Program-made: the position numbers and the translations under genes
NCBI RefSeq assembly: GCF_009914755.1
Contig: NC_060929.1
Strand: one strand, 5' to 3'
Origin: the human T2T-CHM13v2.0 reference genome, Homo sapiens
DNA length: 64,000 nt
Notes under the pieces: generated by a model
The model's input: the letters and a program-made list of their open reading frames with translations, nothing else
Databases searched by the model: none
What the model was told of the DNA's origin: nothing
Shown: positions 1-41,159 of the stretch, one piece after another
Layout: each line of letters begins with the position of its first letter
Numbering within the stretch: position 1 is the stretch's first letter

Positions 1-139
1 TGTATATGAGTGTATAGTGGCACTGTTATGACCCATTTCATTTCCCTGTTCTCACTTCTCCCACATTTATGTGAAATCTAGGTAGACACCTACAACATTA
101 AGTTCTACTCACCCTTTTTCTACTCTTAGCACCTTCATG

Positions 140-1155
140 TGAGTTACAATTTATATACCATACAAGTCACCCATTGTAAGCATATCGCCAGTGATTGTTA
201 GCCAGTGTACAGAGTTGTATAGCCATTACCACAGTCCACTTTTAGAACATTTCCGTCACCCCAATTAGTTCCTTTGAGCTCATTTATATTAAATCCCCAC
301 TCCCACCTCCTGCCCTAGGCAACCAGTGACCTGTTTTCTGTCTTGGGTAGTCTTTTGAGTTTGGCTTCTCTCAGCATGTTTTTGAAGTTCAGCCAAGTCA
401 TGGTGTGTATTAGTACTTCATTCCTTTTTATTGCTAAATAGAATTCCATTGAATGAATATAACACATTCTATTAATCCATTCATTAGTTCTAGACATTTG
501 GATTGTTTCCAGTTTGGAGTTTTTGTGAATAGTGCTGCTGCGAACATTCATGCCCAAGTTTTTGTGTGAACATACATTTCATTTCTTGAGTATATCCCTA
601 AGAGTGGAATTGCTGGGTCATATCGTAACTCTGACATTTTGGAGAACTGCCAAACTGTTTTCCAAAATGGCTTCACCTTTTATATTTCTGCCATCAGTGT
701 ATGAGGGTTTCGCTTTTTCTATAACCTTGACAACACTTGTCTTTTTTGATTATAGGCATTCTAGTGGGCATGTAGTGATATCTCATTGTGGTTTCCTAAA
801 GTGATAATACTGAGCAACTTTTCAGGGGCTGACTACCCATTTGTAGATCTTTGGTGAAATATCTATTCACATCATTTGCCTATTTTGTAATTGGGCTGTT
901 TGTCTTCTACTGAATTGTAAGAGTTATCTGTGTATTCTGGGTACAAGTCTTTTATTATAGATATGATTTCCAGGTATTTCCCCCTGACTGTGACTTGTTT
1001 TTTCATTTTCTAAACAGTGCCTTTTGAAGCACAAAAGTTTTAAGTTTTGATGAGATTAAATTTATCATTTTTTATCCTATGTATTGTGCTTTAGTGTCAT
1101 ATCTAAGAACTCTTTATCTTAACCCAAGATTTGAGAAATTTTCTCTTGTAGATCT
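140..1155 (-). mobile_element. Old L1 (L1MB-like) 3' end and ORF2 C-terminal fragment
   Basis: Typical antisense L1 text (ggaattgctgggtcatat, gatatctcattgtggttt). Minus ORF 315-557 (EWINRMCYIHSMEFYLAIKRNE) is the degenerate ORF2 C-terminus. Confidence 0.8.
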
Positions 1156-1159
1156 TCCT

Positions 1160-3500
<2,341 letters not shown>

Positions 3501-3662
3501 CCTGATTATTTTCTTGGTTAGTCTAGCTAAGAATTTGTCATTTTCTTGATCTTTTCTAGTTTCTAAGGTAAGATCTTATGTTGCTGATTTGAGTGATTTG
3601 AGATCCTTCTTTTCTGATGTAGATGTTTAAAATTATAAATTTCTCTCTTAAGCACTTGTGAC

Positions 3663-3666
<4 letters not shown>

Positions 3667-3720
<54 letters not shown>
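3667..3720. repeat. (TA)27 microsatellite
   Basis: 54 nt of uninterrupted TA. Confidence 0.98.
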
Positions 3721-3723
<3 letters not shown>

Positions 3724-3789
3724 CCCTCCATAGTTCCTGGCTCACAGCTTCTATAACCCTTGTACTTTCCTCAGTGACTAAAGCAGTAA

Positions 3790-4232
<443 letters not shown>

Positions 4233-4685
4233 TCAACCACACCTTGGTACATGTTAATAGGGTGATTTTTGAGAAGTCCCTAGATTACCACATTCTGGTT
4301 GGCTGGTTGCCATAGGAACCAACCATGTGCTCAGAGGCTTGGAAGTTACAGCCCCCCATCTTGAGAGGGTAGAAAGGAGCTGAAGGTTGAATTGATCACC
4401 GATAGCCAGTGATTTAATCAACCATGCCTATGTAATGAAGCCTTCATAACAACCCAAAGACCTCAGTTTAGGGGCTTCCAGGAAGGTGAACAAGAACACA
4501 TTCATGTGCTGGAAGTGTGGCACACCCCAATTCCATGGGGATAGACGCTCCTACACATTAGACCCTTCCAGACCTGGCCGTATGTATCTCTTTATCTATT
4601 TGTATCCTTTAACATATCTTTTAGGTTGGCCTGACCCAGTGGCTCCTGCCTGTAATTCCAAAACTTTGAGAGGCCAAGGCAAGAA

Positions 4686-4953
4686 TGTTAGTGGCCATGA
4701 ATCTCAATTTCTGCCTCCTCAGAAGAAAGAATTCAACCAAAGGGGCATAAGGCAAAGTGAGAGACCAAGGCAACTCTTAGAGCAAGAGTGAAAGTTTATT
4801 AAAAAGTTTTAGGGCAGGAATGAAAAGAAGTAAAGTATACTTGGAAGAGGACCAAGATGGCGACTTGAGAGAGACAAGTAGGCGGTTTGACCTTTGACTT
4901 GGGATCTTACACATTCACACGCTTGCTGGGTCTTGCGTGTTACTTCTCCCCTG
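4686..4953 (-). mobile_element. MER50-like LTR fragment
   Basis: tgttag...tgcctcctcagaagaaagaattc...ggggcataaggca...aaagtttattaaaaag resembles the MER50 end; truncated on the right. Confidence 0.65.
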
Positions 4954-5309
4954 GTTTTTCCCTGAGTTCTGTGAGCTGCTCTAGCAAATTAATTGAATCC
5001 AGGGGTGTCATGGAAACCTCGATTTATAGCCGGTTGGTCAGAAAAACAGGTGAAAGAATGTGGAACCTGCAATTGGCATCAGAAGTAGGGCTCAGTCTTG
5101 TAGGAATAAGCCCTCAACCTGTAGGATCTGAAGCTGTCTCCAGGTAGATAGTGTCAGAATTGATTTGAATTAGGGGACACCAACTGGTGTCCACTGCAGA
5201 ATTGAGTGCTTGGTTTCTGGGAGGAGAAAACCCACACATATGGTCACAGAAGCGTTCTGTATTGTAAAAGTAAAGTAGGATAAACTGAGTTTTTTTTCTC
5301 CAGAGCACT

Positions 5310-7135
<1,826 letters not shown>

Positions 7136-7189
7136 TTTATTAGTAGCAGATCATCAGTACCCTTACATTTGCTTTCTTCATGCCTTTTC

Positions 7190-11138
<3,949 letters not shown>

Positions 11139-11184
11139 AATTGACAATTTTATCCAAGTTTTTTTTTTTTTTTCCCTCTGTGGG

Positions 11185-11530
11185 CCTTAGCTTCCTCCAA
11201 CCTCATAAACCTCTCAGTTTTTGTGGGCCAGGAATTTGGGAAAGGCTTGGCTGGATAGTTCTGATTCAGGGTCTCTTATGCAGTTGCAGTCAGATGGTGG
11301 CTCAAGTTGAAACAGCAGGGAAATGGAGCATCTGGGAGCTAGAGCTGAAACAACAGCGGGGTGGAGCCTCTGGGGGCTGGCCAGACATCTCTCTTTTCAT
11401 GTGGTGTCAGGAACTCTCCATGTGGTCTTGATGCATGAAATAGTCTGGGGTTTCTCACAGCTTGGTGGCCTCAGAGCAGTCAGACTGCTTACATGGTGGG
11501 CAAAGGCTTTAAAAGCAAACATTCCCAATT
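11185..11530 (-). mobile_element. MaLR LTR (MLT1F/G-like)
   Basis: gggccaggaatttgggaaaggcttggctgg...gttgcagtcagatg...cagactgcttacatggtgg. Confidence 0.65.
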
Positions 11531-11599
11531 TGGTTCCCTTTTATAATTTCTACTTTAATGTGTTTATGTTGCTTAGTGGTCAGATTAACTAGGGATTCA

Positions 11600-12370
11600 A
11601 CAAGATCTTGTTCTAAACACCTGGAGCCTATAAGCCCTTGATTTTGTATTGTTGGATCTGTGTGTTGGTAGGGAAGCATAATCAAAGTTCAAGTCATTTT
11701 GAGATCTACCCTTCCCACGAGGTCCTTTTGCATCTCTTTTGTGTGTGTACGCAGCCTCAGGGTGGCCATGAGTATGTGGCTAACTTGGGCCCTCTCAGGT
11801 CTCCGCTGTCACACAGTCTCAGCCAGGAACACACTTGCCCCAACCATGACCACACCTCCGGCCAGTGAAGCCTTTCACTCTTCCTGCTTACTGCCTTGGA
11901 GATCATCATTTCCATCAACAATATTGCTACATGTAAAGGAAATCAAGTGATTTCCTTCCTTCTGTATGGAAGCTATTTGTTTTCATGGCTAGCACCTTCT
12001 TGCCAGAGTTTCTACACCGATTGCAGGAAGGGCTGAGAGCAGCCTCACCTGAGCCTGGGAAATTGAGGCTACAGTGAGCTGACATTATGCCACTGCACTC
12101 CAGTGTGGGCACTGCAGCCTGGGAAACCCTGAGGTTTTGTTTGTTTGTTTGTTTTTCCCCATCTGGGGAAAAAAAAAAGCCGCTGATTCCTACTGTTCTT
12201 ACCTGAAGTTCAGCAGTTTTGCAAGCACAAAATTGCTCTCGGATTGTTAAGTCCCTTTGGTTAACTTCCAGAGTGCTGAAGTGGTTGGTTTTGTCAGTTT
12301 TGTCCGGTTTTGTCAGTTTTGTCCTGTTTTATTGTTGCTTCTGCAGGAGATCTCCTCACTCTGCCTTGGC
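11600..12370 (-). mobile_element. 5' region of an ancient L1M element, with an Alu fragment at 12048-12125
   Basis: aacttccagagtgctgaa...ttttgtcagttttg...gttttattgttgctt...ctcctcactctgcc resembles antisense L1M 5' ends. Confidence 0.5.
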
Positions 12371-12419
12371 CAGAAGTTCCACCCTGTACTCACTTTGTTT
12401 TATATTCAACTTCGCTTCC

Positions 12420-13810
12420 TCTGCCTGACTTCAAAATTGGGAGGGTCCCAAGGCTCAGTCTCTGAACCTCTTTCCTTCTTCATCTACGCTAGGCAATCTC
12501 TTCCAGCCCCACAGTGTTCAATATGATTGATATACCAATGATTCCCCATTTATATCTCCAGCTCTGACCTCCCCCTTGAGCTTCAAGTGACTGACAGATC
12601 TGAATCTCCAACTCATCTCCACCTATATATCTGATAGACTACTCACACTCACATAACGAAAAGTCTTTAATTTTTCCTCCAAGGCTATCTTCCCCTAGTT
12701 CTAATCTATTCACTTGTTCAAGTTCAAAACCTAGGAGTTATCCTTGACTCCTTTCCTTCCTTCACTCCCACCCCCACATCCAGTCTAAGAAATCAGATGT
12801 CAAACCTATTGCCGGAACATAATTCCAAATTCATTCACTTTTCTCCATCTCCACTGACAACCTGCCTAGTCCAAGCTTCCATCATCTATTCTCTGAAGAC
12901 TACAGCAGCCTTCTCCTTGTTCTTTCTGCTTCCATTATTGTCCCCATACAGTCTGTTGACAACAACTGTCAGAGTAATCTTTTCAAGGGCAAACCAGATC
13001 TTGTCACCTCTCATTACACTAACAATAAAATCCGTAGTTCATACTGTGGCTTATGGAGCCTTATATTCATTCAACATCATCTACTAGGCCTCATGCTGTC
13101 TCTCCAACTTAATTTCCTACCATTCTTCTCTCATTCACCATATTCCAGGCATAGTGGGCTTCTCTCCATTCTTTGAACATGGAATATGCCAAACTCATCC
13201 CTGCCTCACAGACTTAATACTGTTTCAGGTTGGAACACTCTTTTCCTGTAAGCCTTGTGGCTGACACTTCCCCATGATGATTTTTTTTTTTTTTTTTTAA
13301 TTTTCAGAGTCAAAGTCTTTCTCTGTTGCCTAGGCTGGAGTGCAGTGGCACATTCACGGCTCACTGAAGCTTCAAACTTCTAGGCTCAAGGGATTCTCCC
13401 ACCTCAGCCTCCTGAATAGCTAAGACTACAGGCATGCGCCACCATGCCCAACTACGTTTTTTTTTTTGTGTGTGTGTGTGTTTTTTAATTTTTGTAGAGA
13501 TGTGGCTCTCCCTGTGTTGCCCAGGACAGTCTGAAACTTCTGGGCTGAAGCAATCCTCTTGCCTCAGCCTGTTGAGTTTCTGGGATTATAGGTGTGAGCC
13601 ACCACAACCGGCCCTGTGATGGTCTTTACTAACTCTCCTGCCCCGTCATTCTCTACCCCGTACTCTGCTTGTTTTCATAGCATTTCTAATTCTCTGTCAT
13701 TGTCTTGCTTATTTTTTACTTTATACCCCATCTTCTTTGTTGGTATGGCCCCCAGCACTAAGTGCAGTGTTGACACAAAGCACGTATTATAAATATATTT
13801 GTGTGGACTA
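12420..13810 (+). mobile_element. L2 fragments with an antisense Alu at ~13280-13615
   Basis: aaaacctaggagttatccttgactcct and ctagtccaagcttccatcatct are typical L2 ORF2/3' text. Confidence 0.7.
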
Positions 13811-13991
13811 TGTGAATGTACTCTCTAAGGCCAGAGAGTGCATTCCAGCAGAGAGGTACATTTATTTAGCAGGTGCTTACCTGCCCTTGCTGTGGGTTTG
13901 GGAGTCTGATTCTGAATATGCTTGAAACCTCATCTCTTGAACAAAACAAAATCCACAATCTCCAGGTGAGGAAGTGATGACTGAACTCTGA

Positions 13992-15882
<1,891 letters not shown>

Positions 15883-16320
15883 TGAGAAAAGTATTCCTTT
15901 TTCGAGTCTTTCAGTCCTCCTGATTCTATCTGGGAAGAAGTTTCAGTTGGGTGCTACCATATCTTAAAACCTCTCAGCACAGTTGCTGTTCTCTTCTTCC
16001 TGGGGAATGCTCCAAGCCTCATTTTTATCATATTTATTTTTATTGGTATCTGCTTAAGTTTATGATCTAAAGATTCCTTTTTAAAAGAAGTTCCTAAGTA
16101 AAGAAAGTTGGCATACATAAAATTATAAAATAAGTAATAGTGTAGGTGGTGTGAGAACACAGCATGAGTCACGGTGGCAGTAGGAAAGGCTGGCTGAGGT
16201 CTGCCAGTGTCCTAGTATGGCATCCCATCATTCAGTGCCTGTGTTTGAGGCAGGGTTCAAAGGCAGTGCTGTTGAGGTAGTGTTTGTCAACTCAATGATT
16301 TCTTGTTTTCCCCTCTATAG

Positions 16321-16424
16321 TGGAGCACATGATCCAGAAGAACCAATGTCTCTTCACCAACACCCAGTGTAAGGTTTGCTGCGCCTTGCTTATTTCTGAG
16401 TCCCAGAAGCTGGCACATTACCAG
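16321..16424 (+). CDS. ZNF346: ZNF346 (JAZ) coding exon 2; start of zinc finger 1
   Basis: Acceptor ttttcccctctatag at 16306-16320 and donor CAG|gtatgc at 16425. 104 nt encoding (V)[34 protein letters not shown], which matches my recollection of human ZNF346. Exon 1 lies upstream of the window. Confidence 0.96.
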
Positions 16425-16539
16425 GTATGCCATCATACTTTTAGAACTGCGTTTCTTTTCAGACCTGGTGCCAAACCACTAATTCTCTCTGGCTTGCATG
16501 GTGAAGTGTAATTGCTGCTTAGCCACCCAGATGTTGCCT

Positions 16540-25312
<8,773 letters not shown>

Positions 25313-25941
25313 AAACGCATAACTAAATGTTAATGGTCCTCTTTTCTCTCTACTCAGCCTATAATATGCAATGTAGCCTAAAAGGCATCCCTAGTATGGT
25401 TACCTTTTCTGAATGACCTTGTATGAGCTCCAGGAACTCAAGCCTCAATTTCTGTATCTGTGCATTTGTTCCCAGCTCTGCAACTGTATTACTTTAAGGA
25501 TGAGAATAAAACTCCCAAACTTCGTGTCCCACTTGCTGTGAAGTTCTGGGAAGTACTGAGGTATCCCTGCAAGAGTGCAAGTGTGCATCTCTAGTCTATT
25601 GTAACTTGGCAGCCTGACAGGAGAAGCTCAGGGCCTCCTAAGAATATGAGAACCACCAGGATTTGTGGGCTTAAAGTAGTTAAAGCCGCTGAATGAAATA
25701 GCCAGTCTTTGGGCTCCCTCAAATCTTCCCAGGTTTCCCAATTAGAGAATGCATTCACCTGTGTGACTCACACAGGCAGTGCCACATCTGCAGTAGGATT
25801 AACTGGTGTCACAGCCCTTTCTATTCAGCATACTCAAAAGCCTGACACCTTCTGGGTTTTTTCATTGTTTCTGTTTGAACTCTCTCACTGCAGCTCTGTC
25901 AAAACGCCTTACAAATCCTTTCCTTGTGGCCTCCACCTTAG

Positions 25942-26127
25942 CCTTGCACCAGAATAGAGAGATGATAGACCCAGACAAGTTCTGCAGCCTCTGCCATGCA
26001 ACTTTCAACGACCCTGTCATGGCTCAACAACATTATGTGGGCAAGAAACACAGAAAACAGGAGACCAAGCTCAAACTAATGGCACGCTATGGGCGGCTGG
26101 CGGACCCTGCTGTCACTGACTTTCCAG
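25942..26127 (+). CDS. ZNF346: ZNF346 coding exon 5; zinc finger 3
   Basis: Acceptor ctccaccttag and donor CCAG|gtgagg. 186 nt, phase 1-1, (A)[61 protein letters not shown]. Confidence 0.95.
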
Positions 26128-26228
26128 GTGAGGGGGCCTAGCTCACACCCAGAGCTGGACCAGGGTTTGGCCACTGGGGCTACCCGGACCAGCTGACGTT
26201 GTGCTTTTCCTCCTTAGGTCTTGTAAGT

Positions 26229-27776
<1,548 letters not shown>

Positions 27777-27946
27777 TGATAGTTCTTACTTTGTACCTCC
27801 ACAAAGGTGAACCCCTGAGAGAGAAAAGGTTGCTTCCTATCAGCAGAATTTAGACCCCTACATTAAAGTTTTGCCTCCCCCATTCTTTGGTTGTGGTTAT
27901 GTTAAGGAGATACTGGTACTAAGAAAAACTACTAAAACTACACGTA

Positions 27947-28114
27947 CACATGGTCCCCAACTTCCTATGGTTCAGCTTTATGATTTTTTTCAACTTTACG
28001 ATGGTGTGAAAGCAATAGATGTTGAGTAGAAACTGTACTTCTCTTGCACTGCTAGGCAGCAATTGGTAATAAGTTTATCTAGATGTAACCCCATTGTAAG
28101 TCAAGGAACATCTG
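27947..28114. mobile_element. Tigger3-type MITE
   Basis: TA|cacatggtccccaactt ... aagtcaaggaacatctg|TA: degenerate terminal inverted repeats with TA duplication. Confidence 0.75.
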
Positions 28115-28251
28115 TAGAGTGAGAGAAAGCATGGAAATCTTCTGCTGACTTGCAGGATCCATTCACCACTCATTGGTAAAGGATGAATTCCTTGTTTTTA
28201 CCTTTTTTTTTTTTAAGAGGGTCTCTTGCTGGATGCAGTGGCTCACGCCTA

Positions 28252-28574
<323 letters not shown>

Positions 28575-28998
28575 TCAAGTCATCCTTCTACCTTGGCCGC
28601 CCAAAGGGCTGTGATTACAGGCATGAGCCGTTACACCCAGCCTGCTGTTATCAAGTATGCATTTAAGTCTTGCCCAAAGTATTTGTGTATTTTGGTACTT
28701 TTAATGCTGTTTTAAAATGAACATTCCTTAAAGTTGACTGGACCATTTCTAATACAATAAGGATAATTTTAAAAGACCTGGAAGAAATTCAGTTTTCATG
28801 AATATTATACTGTTAAGAGAGGGAAAAAAATATCGACCTTGATGAGTTTTTCTTACATGTGTTCTTGTTTGCTATGAATTCATTGGGAGAAAATATTTGC
28901 TGCCTTTTTACTGTGCATTCCAACTGTATTCTTAAAACATTTCAAAATGTATGTATATTTTAACATTTTGTGACATACTAACATGTTTTTAGAATATA

Positions 28999-29994
<996 letters not shown>

Positions 29995-30224
29995 TAATGA
30001 TTGCATAGTATAATCTATTAATCCAGAACAGAAGGACCTCAAGTGAACTTAACTAATTCAATTTACTTAGATTTCTGGGTAAAAACTGATTCTATAAATT
30101 AAGAAATAGTAGGTTCTTTATGGTAAAGATACCTTTCTGAAAAGTAAAAAATTGTATTGAAATTTTACTAATATGTAGATTTTGCTACATATTACTATTA
30201 TATATTACATTTACAAATACGTAG

Positions 30225-36691
<6,467 letters not shown>

Positions 36692-37266
36692 CTAGCTAAG
36701 ATCACTTGAAAGCAGAACCAGCAGTTCAGTTCCCTATCCTGGCTCCTCCCTCACTACCAGACCATGTGGGAAAAGCCACTTTGTCATTGGAGCAGCCCTG
36801 AGATAGGGTCTGTGATTCCCAGGGTAGAAAGACAGATTGATTATCATAACCAGCGTTCTCACTAATTACTGTTACCGCAAGCCCTAGGAGAGTGGCACCT
36901 TCCCAGAGATCTCTCAGTGAAGGACGTCCTTAATGAGGCCACTTAGCACAGTCAAGGTAGAAATACAGACCAAATGTCACCTCTCTGTTCTGTCATTCTT
37001 TTATCACTCAGCAGACAGCTAGTCTGGGCCAGGCTCTACGCTGGAACGAGGGACACAGGAATGAGGATCTTCCCAACCCCAGGAAGCACATAGGCACACA
37101 GTCTGTGCCTCCTTAGCACTGTGGCCTCTGGGTTCTCATCAGGGCCAGCAACCTCACCTCGCCTCACCTGTCCGTCCTTAGAAGGGCATTTGTACACTCT
37201 GAAAAGCAACGGTCTTCAGGTTCCTTCTTTCTGGATTACTAAGATCTTGATTTTGATGTGTTTCAG

Positions 37267-37360
37267 CTGGAAAGGGCTACCCCTGCAAAACATGTAAGAT
37301 AGTGCTGAACTCCATAGAACAGTACCAAGCTCATGTCAGCGGCTTCAAACACAAGAACCA
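37267..37360 (+). CDS. ZNF346: ZNF346 coding exon 6; zinc finger 4
   Basis: Acceptor gatgtgtttcag and donor CA|gtaagt. 94 nt, (A)[30 protein letters not shown] plus 2 nt. Absent from the ORF track. Confidence 0.96.
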
Positions 37361-39719
37361 GTAAGTAACCATTTTTTGAAATTCTAGGATCCATAGCAGG
37401 AGCTCAGGACTTCTGCATCAGAACAAAGCCAGGTAGTTCTCGGCTGAAATGGAATCCTGGCAGTCTTTTTTCAGTGAACAGAAGATGAATCATGTAACAG
37501 GAACAAGTGTCTCCTCTATATGTATTTCTCCACCAGCTTCTGCCCAGCCTTTAGACCTGTTGGACTCAAGGGTTTAATAGAGAAGCATACATGATTTCCT
37601 TGGTGGGACCCTAAGAACACCTGGCTGTCCTAGTCTGTAGCACTCTGACTGGGGAAGTGCTTTTCCACTGGCCTGGAGACCCTCTCCTTTTCTGGCAGGA
37701 GTTCCCTCTATAGGTCATTATCAAATATGACCAGGCCCTCTCATTCCTTAATCAAATATATATTGAGCATCTTCTGAATGATGGCCAAGACAGACCCAGT
37801 CTCTGCTCTCCTGACCTTACAGCCTGGTGGGAGGAAACAGACTAAGCAAGTAAACAACCAATAATCACAGATTGTGATAAGGGTTTTGAAGGAACCAGGT
37901 GAACAGAGAGTTACCTGTTCATGGTAATCTTGGAAGTGACTAACATTCATTGAGCCCCTCTTCTGTTGCAGGCCATATGTCAAGCAGATTTTCTCAGGTA
38001 ATCCTTCCAACCCTGAGAGGAAGAGATAATTATTCCCATTTTATACATATAGACAACCAGCATTCAAAGTGGTGATGTGAATGAAGCAAGGTCATGATTC
38101 AAACTGAAGCCTGTCTGGCTCACAGCATGCTCTTCCCAAGGCGTCAGGCTCAGAAGTAGGCTATGGCACCACTGATATGAAGAGAATAGGGCCTGGCCTG
38201 GAGGGCCCACATGGTTCTGTCCCTTCCTCTCCGAAGGGAAACGTGTGGTATGAGCAGTGTGCCACAACATAACGTTTTTTTTTTTTTTAGTAGAGATGGG
38301 GTTTCACCATATTGGCCAGGCTGGTCTCAAACTCCTGAGCTCAAGTGATCCATCTGCCTCGGCCTCCCAAAGTGCTGGGATTACAGGCATGAGCCACTGC
38401 ACCTGGCCCCAGCATAACCTTCTGAGATAGGTAGAAGAATTCCCATTTTACAGACAAGGAAACTGAGTTTCAGGCAGGCAAGCTGCCGAAATGATTGCTT
38501 TGACTTTGGTCATTGATTTTGCTTTGCTCATTGAGCTGAATGATTTAAAGGTGGTAGAAACACAGAGTATTGGTGTAAAAAATGTCCTTAGTTCTCTCTG
38601 CTCTGCCTGGAGTCTCCTCTCTCACACTGTAGCAGATCATCCTCTTTACCTGTGAATATGTTTTTTACTTTGGGGGACTCTTAGGTGTAGACTTGAGTTG
38701 CCCCAGCAACTCAGCCCCACAGTGTTTCAGCATACATACCTCCCTTGCAGCCTGGCTGATGGCAGTTACAGTAGACAACCTGAAGCCAACCAGAGCCCCT
38801 CCCTGGGGCTACCCACACCTGAAATTGCCAGTGTTGTTCGCTGCTCTCTTGCTAAACTTTCCAGCAGTGTGACCTTGGGCAAGTCAATAAGTCTGTAATT
38901 CTCCCAACATGGGCAATGTAGTGAGACCCCATCTACAAAAAATAAAGTTAGCCAGGTGTGGCGGCACACACCTGTAGTCCCAACTACTTGAGAGGCTGAA
39001 GTGGGAGAATAGCTTGAGCCCAGGAGTTGGAGTGAGCCATGAGTTGCAGTGAGCTATGATGGCACCACTATTCTCCAGTCTGGGTGCCTGAGTGAGATCC
39101 TGTCTCAAAATTTTAAAAAAGCCTCAATTCTGTAAGAATAAAGCTATAATTTGTTGAATACCTGATTGAGTCTCATTAAATTTCTCAACAAAAGGTCTGA
39201 AATTAGGATACCCCCTCCCAAACCCATCTTTTACAACCAAAGAAAGCCTAATTATCAGATAGGTTAATTGACTTCCCCAAGGTCACTTAGTTACTTGCAG
39301 TTAGACCTGGGATTCAAGCCTGTTTGACTTCGAAGCCCATTCATTTTACTCTGCCACTACCAAATGGAATGAGTTTTTATAGGGCCCTGTAGGCAGTGGT
39401 TTGGTATAGTGAAAAGGCATTGGCTACAGTCCTGAACCTACCACCTAAAAACATACTTCGGGCCAGCCACTTAAGCTTTCTGAACTTTAGTTTCCTTGTA
39501 TGTAAAATGAGGGTGCTGTTTCTCACCTTGCAGAATTGCCATGAGGATGGAATGATGGAAGCTAAGCATCCAGCATTCTGCCAGCCCACAGTGGACCTCA
39601 GTGAAGGAAAGGTGTCCTGTCTATTACTCCAAGGCCCTGGAAGGGCAGTGCTATCATTGCAGTAGGCCAATACAGCTGCCACACACTGACCCTCTTCCTT
39701 TGTTCCTTCTCAAATACAG

Positions 39720-39807
39720 GTCACCAAAAACAGTGGCATCATCCCTGGGCCAGATTCCAATGCAAAGGCAACCCATTCAGAAAGACTCAACCACCTTGGA
39801 AGACTAG
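39720..39807 (+). CDS. ZNF346: ZNF346 exon 7, coding part with stop codon
   Basis: Branch-like cactgac, polypyrimidine tract and tacag acceptor. (Q)[28 protein letters not shown], then TAG at 39805-39807; frame is consistent with exon 6. Confidence 0.95.
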
Positions 39808-41056
39808 AGGTGATTCTGCCCAGCATCCCATATTGGGCCAGCCATGAGCCAGCTTCCCGTGACTGCTCAGCCCTTGGCTCCCTCTTGCTCGTTGTTCTCA
39901 CCAGGAAAGTACACGGGCCTGAGGCAGGATTGGGCCACAGACAGCCTCTCATTGGTCCGGGCTAATTCACTCCTGCTGCTCCCCTTTGGCAGGGGTCCTG
40001 TAGGTCATGACAGGGGAGGCAAGGGTATTGAGAGACTCGGGGTCTCGCGGGGTGGTAGTTTGGAGGGTGGCTTTCCCCATTTCCCAACCCCTCTGGGCCT
40101 TAGGTGCTGAGGCCCCTGCCACCTGTCTTTCCTCTAAAGGTCAGTTTTGGGCCAGTTCTTGCAACTAAAGAGCAGAGATCTCTCTGGGCCCTAGACATTT
40201 CCAGCAAAACCTGGAACTTTCATGCCAAACCTGGGGCAGGGCAGGAAACAGAGGAAATGGCTGCAACATGGGAGCTTGGAGCTAATACGACACTCTGCCT
40301 TCCCCCAGAAGGTGCAGGCTTTCCTGAGTCTTAGACCAGATATGGCCAGTTGCGCAGGTTTCTGCCAACTGTGAAGTATCCTCCTGGAGCAGTGACACAA
40401 TCTTGGCGGAGCATTGCTACCCCCGCTGCCCCCTCCACAGTTCCTGAATGGTGCTAAGGATCTGCAGCAGTTGGCAACGAGCTGGGGCTGGGGGCGGCCT
40501 CCATGTCCACTGAGATCATAGGACACTCCAATGGGGATGGGACCTTTCCCCTCCTCCATCAGAGGTGCTCTGACCCTAGGTTACACGGGAAAGTGCCCCA
40601 CATGCAAGTCTCCCTGAGGGTTCTGCCCCTAAAGGCAGACTGCCTCATGCCCGCTAGCTGTGAGGTTCATTGCTACCCTCGGCCCTACTAGCCCTCTCTT
40701 CCCCCTTGTGCAGCGGACCACTTGCCCAGTTTGCTGTGGTGCTAGCCTTCCCCATCATCCACCAGGTGATTTCTGGGTCCCAGGGAAAGAAAGAGAGAGC
40801 TGATGCAGGTTTCTACAGTGAGGAACAGGCGTTTCCCAGGCCCCACACCCAGATTTCTCTATCTTTGCTGTGTTTTATGGCCTGGGACTGAGTCCACACG
40901 GATAGATTTTTCCTTGTAACCTTGAGACGAGAATTCCAAGGAGTGTCACCATCAGAGGCTTCTCTTCATTGTGTCAAAGAAGCCCCTAGCTGCTCTCGTG
41001 GCCTCCTTCCCCCACTCCCTATCCCTTCACCTGTGAAATGCCTTTGCTTTGCATAT

Positions 41057-41065
41057 TGTGTGTGG

Positions 41066-41104
<39 letters not shown>

Positions 41105-41118
41105 TGCTTCTGTGTGTG
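41057..41118. repeat. Interrupted (GT)n microsatellite in the ZNF346 3' UTR
   Basis: tgtgtgtggatgtgtg...gtgtatgtgtgtgcttctgtgtgtg. Confidence 0.95.
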
Positions 41119-41153
41119 CCTAATGCTCTGTCTCTTGGTCACTGAAGCATCCA

Positions 41154-41159
41154 AATAAA
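41154..41159 (+). terminator. Polyadenylation signal AATAAA of ZNF346
   Basis: ccAATAAAg context; first canonical hexamer I found after the stop codon. Confidence 0.75.

Noticed and set aside
12287-12346. 19-bp tandem duplication (GGTTTTGTCAGTTTTGTCC x2) followed by an acceptor-like ctgcag
   Set aside because: Lies in old L1 sequence, and I found no convincing donor at exon distance downstream.
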